A stretch of 63,102 bases of DNA, the filler included, from Neolecta irregularis DAH-3 (Eukaryota): the NCBI GenBank assembly GCA_001929475.1. It is 12 parts of 12 records of this genome, joined end to end, with 100 filler letters (N's around TTAATTAATTAA, not from the genome) between each part and the next. Parts side by side here need not be neighbours in the genome. Positions count along the whole stretch, not along the records: positions 51,477 to 52,826 come from LXFE01002927.1; positions 52,927 to 54,127 come from LXFE01002930.1; positions 54,228 to 61,852 come from LXFE01000275.1; positions 61,953 to 63,102 come from LXFE01002932.1; 8 more parts are not named here. One strand, written 5' to 3'. The notes beneath the pieces were generated by a model that was not told the origin of the DNA, did not search any database, and worked only from the letters and a program-made list of their open reading frames with translations. Both the position numbers and the translations under genes were made by a program. Shown piece after piece: positions 51,935 to 63,102 of the stretch (positions are counted from its first letter, which is position 1; every line of letters starts with the position of its first letter).

Positions 51935-52496
51935 TGTGCCGGGCGAACGAGAAGCAAAGGATGAGACACAAGGCGGGCAGGGAGGGGTTTTATAAGAAGG
52001 GCGCAAGCGACAGCGCGGAACAGACATGCGCCAGAACGACGGAGTAGACAAGGCTAACCGTCAGTGAGTACTACAACCGCGTGTTGGTCTTTCTGTGCAA
52101 CACTATTCACCTGAGTATTGGAGGGAAATGGCAAGCGTCAATATAACCTAGGTCTGGGATGAAGAACAGAGAGATCGTGTCGTGGTCGCTGTCAGGAGCC
52201 ACCTGCTCTGATCTTGCCATTGAAACTCACGAGGCCATGCCAGTAGGCTGCGGAAGACCGCGAGGAAGGACACAGTCGCGTGTCTGTCATGAATAGCCGG
52301 GCCATATATACACCTTCTGCAGAAGATCGTCTCTGCGGGCAGGGCTAGGCACGTGGAAGACCACATTGAGATCTGAGCGCATCAATGATTTTGCCGCCTT
52401 GCTGTCTGCTCTACGTCTTCCCTTGTATTTCGGTCACCGAAAAAGACAGTTGCGTGTATACCCTGCGGCTCCTCCCCATCCTTGCAGATACCGAAA

Positions 52497-52826
52497 CTAT
52501 CCCGCTGAGCTGTACTTCGCTAACAGCGCCTGCTTGCGCGTTGCCAGCAGGTGTTGCATCACCTCCTCCTGCGACGGGAGCTCCATTTGTGCAGGGAGCC
52601 CCACAAACCCCGAATCCATATTCCCTGCGTCGCTACTAGCCGTGTTTTCCCACGCAATCCTTTCTTGCTCCTGCTCATACTCCACCAATGCCCCGTCTTC
52701 CTCATCGCGATAGCCGTAATAGTCCGCGTTGATCTTTCGCCACAGCTCTTTCTGCGTCTTACGATCTCCTATGCTCGGCAGGGCCGTCTCAAAGAGCTCT
52801 TTGACACCAGGAAGGTCCCTGGCCCG
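52497..52826 (-). CDS. ISY1: Pre-mRNA splicing factor Isy1, C-terminal part
   Basis: RARDLPGVKELFE, INADYYGYRDEEDG.L, PSQEEV..LL..RKQ.LL.KY. Confidence 0.9.
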   Translation of the reverse strand, partial: RARDLPGVKELFETALPSIGDRKTQKELWRKINADYYGYRDEEDGALVEYEQEQERIAWENTASSDAGNMDSGFVGLPAQMELPSQEEVMQHLLATRKQALLAKYSSAG

Positions 52827-52936
52827 NNNNNNNNNNNNNNNNNNNNNNNNNNNNNNNNNNNNNNNNNNNNTTAATTAATTAANNNNNNNNNNNNNNNNNN
52901 NNNNNNNNNNNNNNNNNNNNNNNNNNCAAAATTTAT

Positions 52937-53600
52937 TCAATCAATCAATCCAAGGGCCTTGGATTGGGATTGATTGATTGATGGACACACTGTTTGAGAA
53001 ACAAGACTCAAAATATCCTCAATTGTCCCTCTCGTTTTAGAAATAGGCATATTAATCACCGTCTCCATAATTCTCCCAAAATATGCCCAACAATCGATTT
53101 CAAAATCCCACATTACCACTGGAGGTTTTATATCCGTGCTCGGAATACGACCTTTAGTTCGTGGCGCTAATGCCAGCTCTCCTGACCAGTCTGGTCGCCC
53201 TTTAAACACGACTAACCTTTCGTGTAAAATAATGTTGTGATATTTGAAAATTCATCGGAAATGATATCATATGCCTTAAACCCTGCTGTAAGTGACTGTG
53301 TAAAACTAGGTAATTTTTGAAGGAAACGAAAAGTAGAGGATGCGTCACGGTGGACACAGGTAATCATATTAACCAACGCTGGAAATTCATAAGGAAATTG
53401 AATTCTAGCGGAGTGCAAGAACCTCTGGGATGAGGAATTTTTCCAGAATTGAAGGGTCATGATTTGTGAATTGTAAAGTGGACAAAACATTTTGCGAGAG
53501 GATGAGAAACGGACGTATTCTAGTGGATGTCGTAAAAATTCTAATAAATTGGAAGGGATGAAAAGTGGGATATTAAAAGCCCATGGCTCGTCCACAACAC
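52937..53600 (-). pseudogene. Possible Nup188/Nup184-like fragment, frame-interrupted
   Basis: ARIQFPYEF, FLQKLPSFTQ and PPVVMW..WAYFG resemble fungal Nup188; frame break near 53210. Confidence 0.4.
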
Positions 53601-54286
53601 TGGGCATTTCCGGTGGACGTGTTTTGCGTGGAGCAGAAGGGGAAGTACTCGGCACACAGGGGCAGCGCCGCAGCGGCTGGAGATCACAGTATAGAATCTT
53701 GATATACAATTCATTCCGCCGTGTTGGCGCTTGACATGTTTGTCAGAATTATTATCAATAATATATACATAAACAGAGAGAAAGGATTGGAAAATAGCAC
53801 CATCTTGAGACGTTTAGTTAAAAAATCCTCCATTTCTGTTCCTGATTTGACATTTCCAATGTATTTAAATTACTCAAAGCAACGTTATCGAAAAGATTGG
53901 AAACATTGTGGACCAATTGACGTAGCGAATCGTCTTTTTCTGTATTCTGGATATAAAGGAGCATTCGTTTTATTTCGTTGAGGGCCAGAGATCCAGTCCA
54001 ATCAACCGTTTTTAAAATATCTGAGAGTAAAACGAGACAAGCTAGAATTATTACGGCGATAAAAGGGAATACCCCTTTTTACAGAGACTTGCGAGTCTAG
54101 GTTTAACAGGACAAGGGCAGAATGAACNNNNNNNNNNNNNNNNNNNNNNNNNNNNNNNNNNNNNNNNNNNNTTAATTAATTAANNNNNNNNNNNNNNNNN
54201 NNNNNNNNNNNNNNNNNNNNNNNNNNNAAAATAATCAAATGGATGAATGAAAACTCCTCAAGGCAGTCTATATAATATAATTCCCC

Positions 54287-55149
54287 TTAATTCAGAACAA
54301 GCTCGGTTCCAAACGTTAGTCTTTCACCAGAAGCAATCTTTGCAGTGCTTTCGATTAAATCATAATTTAACTTGCGTCCCGGAGTTTTCGCAAGTGGACT
54401 AGGCGATGCATTGAAAAAGTCTTCCAAGCAAAAATCTCTCGGCGTTTGAGGATTTCCAGACTGTATCGGGGTGAATCTACTTGGGCTCGTTAGGAGTGCG
54501 AATCGGAAGTTCGGAGTTGCTGGAGAAGGGGAGGTAGCGAGATGTAGGAGTAAATCTGCGTCGGAATCTTTAGAACGAGGTGGTGTACGTGGAGGAAGAG
54601 GACTAGATGAGAGGCAAGTGATATCTAGGAGCTTTGATTCTCGGAAAGCGGGAGGTCCAGGAAGCAAAGGTAATGGTGATGATTGAAGCCTCATAGTTGA
54701 GAATTTGCGGATAGGTGAAGATTGGTATTGCCGTTCGGGAATTCTGATCGTATCCATAGAAATGGCTTTCTTGACTTTGCTCATCCCAAGTTTTTTCTCG
54801 GTTCTCATTCTTTTAGTCTTGGTTGCAGGAGTAGGTAAGAGTGGTGGCGGGTTGAAAGCTTTAGGCGACAAATTACGAGTCTGTGGACCGGGCGAAGATT
54901 GCAAAGCAGGCGGAAGGGTAAAGTCATAAACATCTGCATAGTCCAAACTTTTCCCACGGATTTTTGTGGTAGCAGCCCAAATATTCCTTCGAAGATGGTA
55001 AGTCATCTGTTCATCAGTTATTTGGCAACCGATTGAGAACAGCTTACTTTTGCTATTTCTTCTCTTCGCGAAACTTTCCTGGAAATCTCCAGACATCTCT
55101 CATCGGTCCAGGAGGTTGTGACAGACGCAAATGAGGGACAAGCAGCCAT
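54287..55149 (-). CDS. Stb1/Whi5-like G1/S transcription regulator (one intron)
   Basis: ADLLLHLATSPSP motif as in Stb1-type proteins; many S/T-P CDK sites; GTAAGC..ACAG intron joins MAACPS.. to MTYHLRRN. Confidence 0.6.
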
Positions 55150-55280
55150 ATTGTCGGGCGAAAACTATTTAGGGCAGAGGAAAGGGGGTGGTAAAATTGG
55201 GGGCGCAGTGCGACTTAGCGACGCCGCTGCAGCTCAAACAGGAAGACGGTAATAGTCGTGTCAGTCTCGTGTTTCGTGTA

Positions 55281-55585
55281 AAGGTTAACGAATATCCATC
55301 CACCTCCCGGGATTTAGAGATGGTAAAAGAAGAACCCGTCCAACCAGAAAGCATCTCCCACATGAATCAAATCCATACGAAAGCCGCTAGGTAGTCTTTT
55401 CGATGATGATGGAGAGAAAATGGATATAGATATGCCTGAATCTTCTGCGCCGGATTTTTTATATTTATTAAATTGTTGACAAATAAAGTAACAAATAGTT
55501 ATTCCGACGACAAGGTTATGGTGCAATTCTACCAGCGTCTCTATCCTTTTCGTCATATATTCCACTAGTCAAATCATTCCCGGTT
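55281..55585 (+). pseudogene. Truncated duplicate of the PRI1 5' end
   Basis: Closely similar to about 57316-57617 (MVKEEPVQPE..FYQRLYPFRHIF), followed by a stop. Confidence 0.85.
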
Positions 55586-55986
55586 GATAGGAGCAAAGAC
55601 ATTGGGCTGCGCAGGTATTTAGGATGTCCTGCCCCTCTTTCTTTTTTTAATACAGAAGAATAAGAAACAGTAAATAATCGTCAGTAAGGAACTATTGCCA
55701 TCCTCATAACCAGCCCAAGCTCCCATTCCCCCCTTGTTCCTCCTTTTCGAGTTCCAAATCCTAGGACGGATTCAGCGCGACACGTTCATGTTTGATTCTT
55801 TGACATCGTGAAACAACCGCTCAATTTCAGTCCCTTTTATAACCGAATGGCCGCTCCCCTTTTCATCCAGAGGTCGGCATGTGGTTCAAGATAAACGATC
55901 CAAAAATTTCTACATAATGCGGTTCAAGAGGCGTTCTGACACATACCGATCCCGCATGCACTATAAACCTCGGCCCTTCCGTATCG

Positions 55987-57245
55987 TCACCTTCGTCTCC
56001 CAAATCGACCCCCATTCTTTGCACCGCGATTCCTCAACTTCAGACTCCGAAAATTTTTACTCACTTGGGCAGTCAAATTCAAACCACCTTTAACTTTTGC
56101 TTTCCGAACAGCTTTTTTCTGCTTCACAGTATCCAGAACATACTTGGGTTTTTCTTGGTCATCACTTACGGCCTCTAAATCGGACGGTGGTTGCATTTCC
56201 TTATCTTGCTGTCGTTCAACGTCTTCTTTGACAACACTTTTGCCGATTTTGGCTGTTGAAGAAGCGGCAGGAACTGGTCGCACTGTAGAGTCAATTTGGT
56301 ACAACAAAATTAATTCACGCTTTGCACGACGTTTTGTCTTTTGAGTCGCTTTCTTCCTCCATTGCGGAGCAAATGTCTTATCAATTCCGTCTACTCCCTG
56401 CTTATTTCCACCATCTTCCTCGTGAGGTTCGATGGCAGTAAGATTGCCTTGCTCTAATTCTCGAAGGACCCCTTCACCTTCATCCTCTGCTTCGTCTTCT
56501 AATTGACGGATTTCCGCTATAAGCGTACTGAATCCTTTCCCTCGGGGCTTTTGAAAGAGTTTAAGTGGAGATTCAGAGGCTCGATAGATCCGGAATATAG
56601 CAGGAGACGAAGGTATGGGTGATCTTGTGGGAGTTTTGCAGGGACTAGATAGGTCATAACGTCGTAAACTGCGAAATATTACGTCTGACAAGGAATCATT
56701 TTCTGAACTTTGCTTGGTGTGTTTGGATCACCAAACATGTTTTTCCTTTTCAAGGGCGATAATCCATCGAACAATCCTAAAGCACGTCCATTAACCTGTG
56801 GTGTTGGTCCCACAGAATTGATAAACGGGCTCCCTTTCAAAGGTGTTGTTTCGAGGAATGGAGACCGACTGGGTGTCATTGTCTGTAAAATCTGCTCAAG
56901 TTTCTGAGGATCGTCGAACTTAATCTGGGGTGTTTTTGTGGGAGTTGATAATTTCCTTGGAGAGGGACTTTCAACAATGAATGGAGTGATGCGTGTAACT
57001 TTCTTCCTTGACGGAGTTTGAGGAGATTTCGGTAGAGCGGGAGGCCGTGACTTGGATTTAGACTTTCTTAGCTTCTCGTATCTTTTGTAGAGAGTCGCTG
57101 GGTGGATAAGAAAGAATATGACAGAATGATTGTTACAGATCTCAAGATTGGCTTTAATGTCATTGCGATCGGGTTTTCTTGAATGCTCCTTGGCAAAAGA
57201 GTACTCAAACTCTTTCAATTTTAAGCGGATAGAATCAGCGTCCAT
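55987..57245 (-). CDS. SLD2: DNA replication regulator Sld2/Drc1
   Basis: LKLKEFEYSF..RKPDRNDIK..I|ATLYKRY; GPTPQVNGRALGLFD; WRKKATQKTKRR; SKNFRSLKLR; many TP/SP sites. Confidence 0.9.
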
Positions 57246-57295
57246 TCGAAGGATCAGAAGGATATATTATCCTTGTGGAAACAGCATGGGGGAAA

Positions 57296-57312
57296 CCGCG
57301 AAGTCAACGCGT
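57296..57312. promoter_or_regulatory. MCB cell-cycle boxes in the SLD2/PRI1 bidirectional promoter
   Basis: CGCGAA near 57297 and ACGCGT at 57307-57312 within a 105-bp gap between two S-phase genes. Confidence 0.75.
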
Positions 57313-57350
57313 GTGGTTAACTAATATCCATCCACCTCACCGGTTTAGAG

Positions 57351-58950
57351 ATGGTAAAAGAAGAACCGGTCCAGCCAGAAATCATCTCTCAGATGGACCA
57401 AATCCATACGAAGCCGCTAGATAATCTTTTCGATGATGATGACGGAGAGAAGATGGACATAGACATGACTGAATCTTCGGCGCCGTACTTTGGACATTTA
57501 TTAAATTGTTTACAAATAGAGTAACCTTTAGTCATTCCGATGAAAAGGTTATGATGCAATTCTACCAGCGTCTTTATCCTTTTCGCCATATATTCCTCTG
57601 GTTAAATCATTCCCAGTTATCCTCAAAAGACTTTTCAAATAGAGAATTTGCATTTACCCTGCAAAACGATGCTTATTTACGCTATCAATCGTTCAATTCA
57701 TTCGAAGCATTAAAAAAAGATGTCTTGCAGAAGAACCCGTCCCGGTTTGAAATTGGGCCGGTATATTCAGCAAATCCACGAGATCGTAAAACGCTAAGAA
57801 AGGCAATGTTCAAACCTCTTGAAAAAGAGTTAGTATTCGATATCGATATGACTGACTATGACGATGTTCGAACATGCTGTTCGAAAACAAATATCTGCGA
57901 AAAATGCTGGAAGTGGATAATCATTGCAATCAGAATCATTGACACCGCCCTTCGGGAAGATTTCGGGTTTAAGCATATCCTGTGGGTATATAGTGGTAGG
58001 AGAGGTGCTCATGCTTGGGTTTGTGATAAAAGAGCGCGAATCATGGATGATCAGAGACGGCGAACTGTAGCCAATTATCTTGAAGTTGTACGAGGGACGC
58101 CGCAAGGGAAAAAAGTAGACTTGAAGAGGCCCCTACATCCTCACATTTCGTACGATATATGCGACGCAGGCACTGAAGGTGTAGACGGAGTTTGGATATG
58201 CTGAGGACAGAATTTAAAAGTCACATTCTTGAAGATCAAGATCCATGGAGGAATTCTCAGGGCACGGAAAAATTGTTAAACCTTCTTCCAGATCGGGGTA
58301 GTTCGCTATTCAGTTATGGTGAACTTGATGTATAGAACTGAACGAAGCACTGAGGAAAAAATGGACGGCCCATCCTCAACGTCCTAGCGAAAACAAATGG
58401 GCAGATATCGATGCATTGGCTGAAAGCGGTGTCTCGCAGGTATTCTTTTATTCTCTTTGGAAAATTTACGAGGTCTAGGCACTAAATACGAAAGCGCTAG
58501 TAGCTGCTAAACAGGACATCCTTCTCGAATACATGTACCCTCGTCTTGATGTCGAAGTGTCAAAACATCTCAACCATTTGCTTAAAGCTCCGTTTTGCGT
58601 ACATCCTGGCACCGGTGCGAAGTTTAGTATTGTGTTGCTGATAGAAAACTAGGTCGAATATGTGTACCCATCGATCCAAATCATCTGGAATCGTTCAATC
58701 CGATGGCTGTTCCAACTGTAACTCAACTTCTTACGGAAATTGATGAATTTGAAACTGGGCGAGGTGAGGAGGACAAGAAAGTTGAAGGTGCAAACAGCAA
58801 TTTTTCAAAAATAACTTATTCGTAGATTATGAGAAGACCAACCTTAAATCTTATGTGGAGTTCTTCAGCAATTTCGTGGTGGGTATCCTGGCTGACGAGA
58901 AGCGACTAAAACGGGAGAGGGAAGAAGGTATTGTTCGACTGGACTTTTGA
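57351..58950 (+). CDS. PRI1: DNA primase small subunit
   Basis: NREFAFTL, PSRFEIGPVY, KELVFDIDMTDYD, VYSGRRGAH, YPRLDVEVSKHLNHLLKAPFCVHPGTG. Confidence 0.97.
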
Positions 58951-59352
58951 ACATATTATTCCCATCTCCACAAATCATAATTTTGATGTCTCATTGACTA
59001 CCAACTAGATCGCCTAGTACTGACAGTCTGAGGTAAACTTATTGGAACTATTTGATTTCCTTATCATATGAAGTTAAGTTATTCTCACGGCCTGTTCCCA
59101 AATCCAAAATTAGTTTTACATCTAGGTTAATCTGGTTAAATCTATGCAGGTTGAGTAATGCCGAGTTGACAATTCCAAGCGACCGAACTCTCCTTTTACA
59201 CTTCATAAGGTAAAAACACCTACATATCTTAACCCACTTTCTGATATATCTACACCTTTGTGGAGTCGCATATTTCGTATATATATGTGCTGATCGACAA
59301 TGACTCTGACATCAAATTATTCCAGTTACTTACCCACCTTCCAAACTATAAA

Positions 59353-59938
59353 ATGTCTTACGTAACCAATGCTACCTGTCTATTCTGCAAAATTGTCAAG
59401 GGTAAACCAGTGAAAAATCTTTGATTCTGATTGATTGTAGGCGATATCCCATCGCTAAAACTTGCAGAGACTGCGACTGCGTAAGGACCCTTTTAATCAG
59501 AATAGATTTCACAAATTCCAGTTATGCTTTTATGGACATTCAACCTTTGAGCAAGGGACATGCCGTATTCTCTTTCCTAATAAAATTGATTGTTTGATGT
59601 TTTACAGCTTATTATTCCAAAATATCATGCAGAGAAATTACACGAGTTACCCCACGACACACTCTCAGATATCCTTCCCATGGCCGTTCAAATTGCGAAA
59701 GCCATAGGATGCGAGAACTACAATATTCTCCAAGTATAACCTTCTCTTAGTTATTAATACTGATTTGTGGAACAATGGAGCCTTGGCTCATCAAGTTGTT
59801 CATCATGTTCATTTCCACTTAATCCCAAAGACTCAGTTTAAAGATGGATTGACCCTGGAATGGGATCCATTAGATCTTGATAAGCAAACTTCTCAAAATT
59901 ATTATCAAGCAATCATGGAAAAGATGAACAAATTATGA
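59353..59938 (+). CDS. HNT1: HIT-family nucleotide hydrolase (Hnt1)
   Basis: CLFCKIVKGDIPS, FMDIQPLS.GH.LIIPKYH, YNILQNNG..AHQVVHHVHFHLIPK. Confidence 0.9.
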
Positions 59939-60066
59939 AGAGCTGGTGCAAAGCTAAGGAAATATTATGTCTTGAGCTGTAGAGAAAGCGTATACGAATA
60001 TTCCCGATCTCCTGGGATAGCGTGACTCTTCTTCGTTTTGTAATGTGAAAGAGAACGGTATTTATG

Positions 60067-60666
60067 TTATGTTCCACGTCCCCTCGTACCCCTTTTGGCA
60101 GCACGTGCTGTTCCTCTCCCTCGCCCTCTGCCAATATTTTCCGGTACTCTCTTGGCTTGAGGAGCATTGGGTTCTTTGACGAATGAAGTATTGTTGGTGA
60201 CAAATGTCTGCTCCGTCATATCATCTCGTTCCCACTGATGGGGCGTCGGAACTTGAAGATCTCTCGCTGCACGTTCTGCAGCTATTCCATTAGCAAAAGT
60301 TCTATTCCAGGTTCTAGATGCCATCTTTTTCTTTTTCGCGACTAAAGCTCTCGGCCATGGGTGCCTAAGGCCGTTATGGTTTCAGCTATGAATGGACGAA
60401 AGTACCTCTGGGAAATCAACACAAAAAGCATTCATATTAAGACCGTAAAGAAAGCTCGCAAAGCTCTCGCCGAATTTCGCAATGCTCTCATTTAATATAC
60501 TTAATTGTTCGAAATTAGTATTGAGATCGGTCAAAGAGTCTGAGAGTTCCGCAAAAGCCGGTTCAAGCGAATATAGCGGAAATGTTGCCTCGGAAGGATG
60601 AGATTTGGAGAACGAGCCTTTTGATATTCGGCGGAGCGGAGTCGTTGGGCGGGATCGCTTGGACAT
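60067..60666 (-). CDS. DAM1: DASH complex subunit Dam1
   Basis: RPTTPLRR; LEPAFAELSDS; F.ESFASFLYGLNMNAFCVDFPE|AP. Confidence 0.92.
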
Positions 60667-60902
60667 GTGTGTTTAGGTTAAAATGATCGCTGTTGATGAT
60701 GATCACGTTAATGACTTGCCAGGGATTCTTAAAAATCCCAATCATCCGTTCCCTGTTCGACATACTTCTCCATTAAAAACTCTGGTTTTTTCCAGAAGGG
60801 AAGAATTTGCCAAGTTTTTGGGTGGGCGACGTGTCCCGTCCCACCTCGCCCATCTTGCGCATCCTGTCCCCGCCTCGCCTATCCCGCGCGTCCGTCCCGC
60901 GC

Positions 60903-60970
60903 GTCCTGCCAGTCCTATGGGTCCTGCCAGTCCTGTGGGTCCTGCCAGTCCTGTGGGTCCTGCCAGTCCC
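60903..60970. repeat. 18-bp tandem repeat in a C-rich, MITE-interior-like region
   Basis: GTCCTGCCAGTCCT(A/G)TGG about 3.5 times; nearby CCCGCCTCGCCTA also occurs inside the 39607 MITE. Confidence 0.75.
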
Positions 60971-62087
60971 GCCCGCCTGTCTCTCCCGTCTTGCCCGCCC
61001 ATCTCTCTCAGCTCACCCATCATTCCTGTCTCCCACACCCATTTGGCCTATTTTGGCCTATTTTGGCCACCCACCTTGCCTGCCTGCTTGTCAGTTCCTT
61101 CTTGCCAATATTTAAATAAATATAAAGAATTATATACATAATATAATAATTTAAACTCACTTTTTAACATATCCCTGCTATGCCCATCTCTGCCCTGATA
61201 CATGGATGAATTTGAGCCATCAGATGGTTTATACTTTTCTTATAGGGTCATTCTTTCCATCAAACAGGAGTGTAAAAACAAACAAGAAATTAAATGATTG
61301 CAATCAGTGTCCAACTATAAGTGATACACTTGGGGTACAAATATGACTAGGTTTTGTCTAACATATATTATATGAATGAAACCCCAATGGACATACCTAA
61401 CCTATGTTATATGAATGTAACCCAGGTTAGGTATATGTGGTTCCCTTCCTTTTATACCCTCTTCCTTAATGCCGTCACTTTAAGCCACTTGCTGTATTGG
61501 TAAGAATATTCTATTAATGGTGCACGTCAAGTTTTGACCAAGGGATAACCTTGAGCCCTTTGGCCGATTGTTTTGCCCAATATCCACGAGGTCGCAGTGC
61601 GTCTAAAAGTTTCGTTTTTGCCAAATCTATTGAACAACCCTCTGCAGCTGCAAGTTTTGCGATAATATTGATTGCGTCCAGTTGATACTTTGAAGGAGAT
61701 TGAATTGAGTACTAGCAATTACTTAAACTCTGCTAAAATGCATTCACCAATTCATCCAATGAAGATCTCATCCTGTATCGATGTGCGTTATAGGTTGACG
61801 GAATTGCCCGCCATGCCGTTCGCATTGGTTCACATCCGTCAAGGATGCATGCNNNNNNNNNNNNNNNNNNNNNNNNNNNNNNNNNNNNNNNNNNNNTTAA
61901 TTAATTAANNNNNNNNNNNNNNNNNNNNNNNNNNNNNNNNNNNNNNNNNNNNGGGCCGAAGCCCATGGGCTTTTTAAAAAGCCTGGCCCATGGCCTTTTT
62001 TGAGGGTCAGGCCCGGCCCATGGGGCTTTTTTGAGGGTCCGGCCTGGCCCATTGCCTTTTTCATGTACAGGCCCATGGGCCAGGCCG

Positions 62088-63042
62088 GGCCTAACATGTG
62101 ACAACCTATTTGGGTGGTGGCGGACATGTGTATTGGATGGATGGCAAGTGTAAGTTGTTGAGCCTAAAGCACAGAGGGTGAACCTAGATGTTGCAAATGC
62201 TTATAGGATTATAGATTGTTAAGCATGGTTTTATTGGATTTTAGTCTCAGGTTGTCAAGACTTAGAAACAGAAATAAGTTAATACAATTGGCTAGCTCAC
62301 AATACAGAAGACCAGCCTTTTAATAGCCACCAGCAACAGGCTGGTATCAAATGGAAACAGTACAAAGAGGAAGAAGGAGAAGTAACGGGAACAGAAAACA
62401 ACAGAGATACAAAACCCAGAGTAGCAGAAGGCTCAAGGCTGCACAGCAGTTCACCAGCCACCCTGGAAACAGAGATAAACAAACAAAAAGGAAAAGAAAA
62501 AGGGTATGCCAGTATCTTTCTAGGCCCACCAGAATGGTGTAGGATGATGAAGGGAGGGGGAGGAAGGTTGGGTAGTTTCTGGCCTTGACAGCTTAGGATC
62601 TTTGGGCGGCTGTAAGCACATAAACTCCTATCTGCTTACTACATTTCCTTTACTTTGTCCTATGTCGTACTACGTTGTGTAACGTTGTACAACATTGTGC
62701 GACGTTGGTGTAACGTCGCACAACGTACGNNNNNNNNNNTAGGCCTAACATGTGACAACCTATTTGGGTGGTGGCGGACATGTGTATTGGATGGATGGCA
62801 AGAGTAAGTTGTTGAGCCTAAAGCACAGAGGGTGAACCTAGATGTTGCAAATGCTTATAGGATTATAGATTGTTAAGCACGGTTTTATTGGATTTTAGTC
62901 TCGGGTTGTCAAGACTTAGAAACAGAAATAAGTTAATACAATTGGCTAGCTAACAATACAGAAGACCAGCCTTTTAATAGCCACCAGCAGCAGGCTGGTA
63001 TCAAACGGAAACAGTACAAAGAGGAAGAAGGAGAAGTAACGG
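62088..63042. repeat. Two copies of an about 300-bp repeat (about 62088-62388 and 62742-63042)
   Basis: Near-identical copies separated by a 10-N gap; each begins with hAT-MITE-related sequence. Confidence 0.85.
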
Positions 63043-63102
63043 TGTCGACGAAATACCTCTTGGGTGTTTCGCTGAACCAGGTTATGTGAAGTTAACCAAA
63101 CT

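Noticed and set aside
56679..56691. Programmed frameshift in SLD2
   Set aside because: Explained by a canonical short GTAATA..CTAG intron.

Overview
This is eukaryotic fungal DNA from a compact, gene-dense ascomycete genome with very short introns (about 31-45 nt). The gene content and intron style are consistent with Taphrinomycotina such as Neolecta, but that is inference. The window is not contiguous: it holds about 12 contigs joined by artificial N-TTAATTAATTAA-N linkers, so adjacency across linkers means nothing. Recognisable housekeeping genes include an OPT transporter, an XPG/FEN1-family nuclease, RAX1, ERO1, mitochondrial RRF, the complex I 49 kDa subunit, RPC40, a CENP-L/Fta1-like gene, SEC20, CK2 alpha, RPP1, CPT1/EPT1, a Rad51 paralog, an SLC35F-like transporter, MOT1 (partial), a PUF protein, ISY1 (partial), a Stb1/Whi5-like gene, SLD2, PRI1, HNT1 and DAM1. 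There are also Gypsy remnants and solo LTRs, hAT-like MITEs and a degraded MRD1-like pseudogene. The most interesting observations are: (1) a tandemly duplicated family of spliced secreted proteins built as signal peptide + PAN/Apple-like Cys domain + acidic repeats + SV40-type NLS + novel C-terminal domain, which looks like a host-nucleus effector; (2) two divergent paralogous LINE-ORF1/Gag-like zinc-knuckle genes with no ORF2 nearby, one apparently carrying an intron, which are candidate domesticated retroelement genes; (3) an intact PUF gene with zero CpG over about 2 kb, plus CpG-specific decay in repeats; (4) ultra-short introns with several GC donors and one apparent GG acceptor; (5) a G1/S cluster with an MCB-containing bidirectional SLD2/PRI1 promoter.
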